DNA of 28,958 bases, taken from IMG/VR virus record IMGVR_UViG_3300044674_001589, positions 1 to 28,958 of that record. One strand, given 5' to 3'. Every line of letters begins with the position of its first letter. Positions within the stretch are counted from its first letter, which is position 1. Positions 26,958 through 28,958 of this stretch are shown here, piece after piece. The notes beneath the pieces were generated by a model that was given only the letters and a program-made list of their open reading frames with translations, had not been told where the DNA came from and made no database searches. The position numbers and the translations under genes are program-made. This DNA is from a virus (taxonomy: Duplodnaviria; Caudoviricetes).

Positions 26958-26979
26958 TATATGCTATGGGGGAACACAA
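26958..26979 (-). promoter_or_regulatory. Second identical copy of the 22-bp promoter-like motif, upstream of the RNAP gene
   Basis: Exact match to 24386-24407; ends 24 nt before the RNAP ATG; AAGGGG RBS lies in between. Confidence 0.7.
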
Positions 26980-27012
26980 TTCAAAATACAGTGATTACAA
27001 AGGTTTATTGAA

Positions 27013-27117
27013 TTACTTTGGGGTGGATGGAATATGTGTTGGGTGGGATGTGTATAAATTAACGAAACCATAGCTTACTGCCGCGTAACGGTCGCTATTG
27101 GGTTGTGTGATCTCCAT
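27013..27117 (-). CDS. Possible 34-aa leader ORF (MEITQPNSDRYAAVSYGFVNLYTSHPTHIPSTPK)
   Basis: ATG 27117 preceded by AAGGGA; directly downstream of the sigma70-like promoter. Confidence 0.3.
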   Translation of the reverse strand: MEITQPNSDRYAAVSYGFVNLYTSHPTHIPSTPK

Positions 27118-27140
27118 GTTCTGCTTTCCCTTTCGCATCG

Positions 27141-27169
27141 TTTATACCAGAACAAACAGTGAACGGCAA
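27141..27169 (-). promoter_or_regulatory. Host sigma70-type promoter directed at the RNAP gene
   Basis: TTGCCG (27169-27164), 17-bp spacer, TATAAA (27146-27141), with an extended -10 TGn; begins immediately after the integrase stop. Confidence 0.68.
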
Positions 27170-28006
27170 CTACCCAGCTGCCGCCATACGTTTCGCAATA
27201 TCACCAATAGTCTCCGGCTTAATGTGGATATATTTAGACGTAGTTTTGTTATTTCTGTGACCGAGCCATTGCCCAATAACATCGCTGTTTAAACGCATGT
27301 CGTTCGCCATGGCGCTGGCTGCAGTATGCCGAAACACATGAAACACAAAGTCCTTATCACCAGGCGCTACACGCGCTCTCAGGACGTTCCAGAGTAGATA
27401 GAACTCTTTGGCATTGTATCGGAAACCAGCTGCCAAGCTGCGAGCCGCCTCAACCGCCTCGTGTTTGTACAGAGCGATCTGTCGCCGATCACCGTTCTTG
27501 GTCTCAAACAGAGTGATCCACCAGAGACCATCTTCACCCTCTTCGACACGCGCCTTCGATGGGTCACGCAGATTGCTGATCTCTGAGTGACGCATGCCGG
27601 TGTAGCGAGCCAGTGTACACATATGCTTGAACCAGGCCGGCACGTTACGGTTATCACAAAAGACACGAATCGCGTCCAGCTCCCGGTCACTGAAGAACCT
27701 GATGCGGTGCTCTTCTGAGGGCGTTTTAACGCTAATTACACGTGCAGCCATACCAGACGACCTGGCGAAGCTCAACACCGCCTGTACGGCCGCCACGTAG
27801 CGATTAATGGTAGCTTTAGATAAGCCGTCTGCCTCTAATGCATCCATCATGCGGTACAGGTGGCTGCCATCGATCTCGGCCATCTCGATGTTACCCACGA
27901 CACCTACAAAACGCTGGATGCGGTGGGTGCTTTCGTTGCGGTGCTTTTCTTTAGACCAAATCCGAGTGTTGTACTTGAAAGTAAAGTTCTCAATACGTGT
28001 ATCCAT
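27170..28006 (-). CDS. int: Tyrosine recombinase / integrase
   Basis: TGMRHSE (R), TKNG (K), HVFRH (HxxR), LGH, TSKY (Y); core-binding segment SKATINRY; tRNA fragment nearby. Confidence 0.93.
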   Translation of the reverse strand: MDTRIENFTFKYNTRIWSKEKHRNESTHRIQRFVGVVGNIEMAEIDGSHLYRMMDALEADGLSKATINRYVAAVQAVLSFARSSGMAARVISVKTPSEEHRIRFFSDRELDAIRVFCDNRNVPAWFKHMCTLARYTGMRHSEISNLRDPSKARVEEGEDGLWWITLFETKNGDRRQIALYKHEAVEAARSLAAGFRYNAKEFYLLWNVLRARVAPGDKDFVFHVFRHTAASAMANDMRLNSDVIGQWLGHRNNKTTSKYIHIKPETIGDIAKRMAAAG

Positions 28007-28021
28007 GACTGTGCTCTCCGA

Positions 28022-28222
28022 TTAAAACAGTGGGATCATTGTGTGGCCGTCAGCTCTCGCCTGGTACATCACTGACAGGTTGGTCTCGATGTTGTCGCAC
28101 GGCTCGCCGCGACCGGCGGCGTCAAACAGCTCATCCTCAAGCCGTTTGATCTCAGCGTTTAAGTTGACCATGTGTGTGAATGGGTCGATGGGATCTATGT
28201 ACATGCTCTCTACTCCGTCCAT
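28022..28222 (-). CDS. Hypothetical early protein (start possibly 28204)
   Basis: Tiles on the coding strand; GGAG upstream of ATG 28204. Confidence 0.6.
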   Translation of the reverse strand: MDGVESMYIDPIDPFTHMVNLNAEIKRLEDELFDAAGRGEPCDNIETNLSVMYQARADGHTMIPLF

Positions 28223-28599
28223 GATTGCACACGTTCTGGGGTTCCGGGTGCATCGGCGCGTATGTAGCGAGATGACCCCCAGTTATATTGACCTTTGCGC
28301 GGCATGAAACGCTCTGTACTCACACGCACCGGGCGTTCATCTAATGACTGCGCCCAGTCTTTGACGCGATCCAAGTCACCCTCAGACATTGTCGGACACC
28401 TGATGTCCAGGAACTCCGGGAACATCTTAGGGTCATACTCAGCAGTCACACGTGCGCCGGCACTGACAAAGTACTGCCAATTGCCACGGCGTATACGTAC
28501 ACGGATCTCGTGGTTACCAAACTGCCACCTGGTTTCGTGTGCGCCGAGGGTTTTGATATCACCCCCGACACGATACTTTTCGATCAGACGCGGCTCCAT
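28210..28599 (-). CDS. Hypothetical early protein (likely start MEPRLIEK)
   Basis: TAATG coupling with the upstream ORF at 28599; GAGG RBS. Confidence 0.65.
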   Translation of the reverse strand: MEPRLIEKYRVGGDIKTLGAHETRWQFGNHEIRVRIRRGNWQYFVSAGARVTAEYDPKMFPEFLDIRCPTMSEGDLDRVKDWAQSLDERPVRVSTERFMPRKGQYNWGSSRYIRADAPGTPERVQSWTE

Positions 28600-28817
28600 T
28601 ACAGAGCCCTCTTCGCAATTTGATCCCACTCTGCGCGGCGTACCTTAAATGGCACGACCTGGCCGAAGGCTTTGCGGATGCGAACCCACTTATAGCCCAC
28701 GACAGCCCACACCATGTGGCTGCCGCACACCGGGTACCGGCTGCTGTAAAGATCGACTGAGAAAGGCTTGGCTGACTGCCAGCTGACTTGGGTAGGTTTT
28801 GACTTAAAGATACTCAT
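28599..28817 (-). CDS. Hypothetical early protein (likely start MSIFKSK)
   Basis: AGGAG RBS before ATG 28817; stop coupled to the next gene. Confidence 0.65.
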   Translation of the reverse strand: MSIFKSKPTQVSWQSAKPFSVDLYSSRYPVCGSHMVWAVVGYKWVRIRKAFGQVVPFKVRRAEWDQIAKRAL

Positions 28818-28857
28818 TTTGCTCTCCTGTGACATGTTGTCGCAGAAGTCCAAAATA

Positions 28858-28912
28858 TGGCGATTCCGGGAGGACTCGAACCCCCAACCTGCTGATTAGA
28901 AGTCAGCTGCTC
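28858..28912 (-). other. Putative attP core: 55-bp 3' fragment of tRNA-Arg(TCT)
   Basis: Minus strand reads GAGCA-GCTGA-CTTCTAA-TCAGC-AGGTT-GGGGG-TTCGAGT-CCTCC-CGGAATC-G-CCA (anticodon arm, T arm, 3' acceptor strand, CCA); the 5' acceptor strand and D loop are absent; integrase lies about 850 bp downstream. Confidence 0.85.
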
Positions 28913-28958
28913 GCCACAAGTGGACTTCCTACCGATTCTTTACCATGTAACATGGGGG

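Larger units (their letters stand above)
1..28958 (-). mobile_element. Temperate podovirus genome fragment (T7-like RNAP and replication, P22/HMO-2011-like morphogenesis)
   Basis: Contiguous same-strand phage genes, integrase plus attP-like site, no host genes. Confidence 0.95.

Noticed and set aside
193-28648. Numerous plus-strand and nested minus-strand ORFs
   Set aside because: They are shadows of well-supported minus-strand genes and show no motifs; no credible plus-strand gene (such as a repressor) was found
28858-28935. Complete phage-encoded tRNA-Arg
   Set aside because: The upstream sequence cannot supply the 5' acceptor strand (GATTCCG expected) or the D loop; treated as an att core

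Overview
The window is a roughly 29 kb piece of a temperate podovirus genome, probably from a marine alphaproteobacterial host. All credible genes are on the minus strand. Read in transcription order (right to left), it carries: (1) a 55-bp 3' fragment of tRNA-Arg(TCT), the likely attP core; (2) three small early genes and a compact tyrosine integrase; (3) a T7-like transcription and replication block (single-subunit RNA polymerase, SSB, endonuclease I, primase-helicase, family A DNA polymerase, a gp5.7-like protein, 5'-3' exonuclease); (4) nucleotide metabolism genes (DUF3310/gp1.7-like, MazG-like, class II B12-dependent ribonucleotide reductase); (5) a 0.7 kb non-coding region rich in repeats and hairpins; (6) a morphogenesis block that is not T7-like but P22/HMO-2011-like (collar tail fibre, nozzle, ejection proteins, TerS, TerL, large portal). 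The best candidate for a new system is the 1732-aa putative ejected virion protein, which carries an Ogg2/EndoIII-type HhH-GPD DNA glycosylase-like domain and an HExxH metallopeptidase domain. Also notable: a repeated phage-promoter-like motif, one copy of which lies directly upstream of the RNAP gene itself; inverted repeats flanking attP; and a hairpin-bearing tandem array upstream of the late genes. All calls come from motif recognition by eye; no database searches were run.
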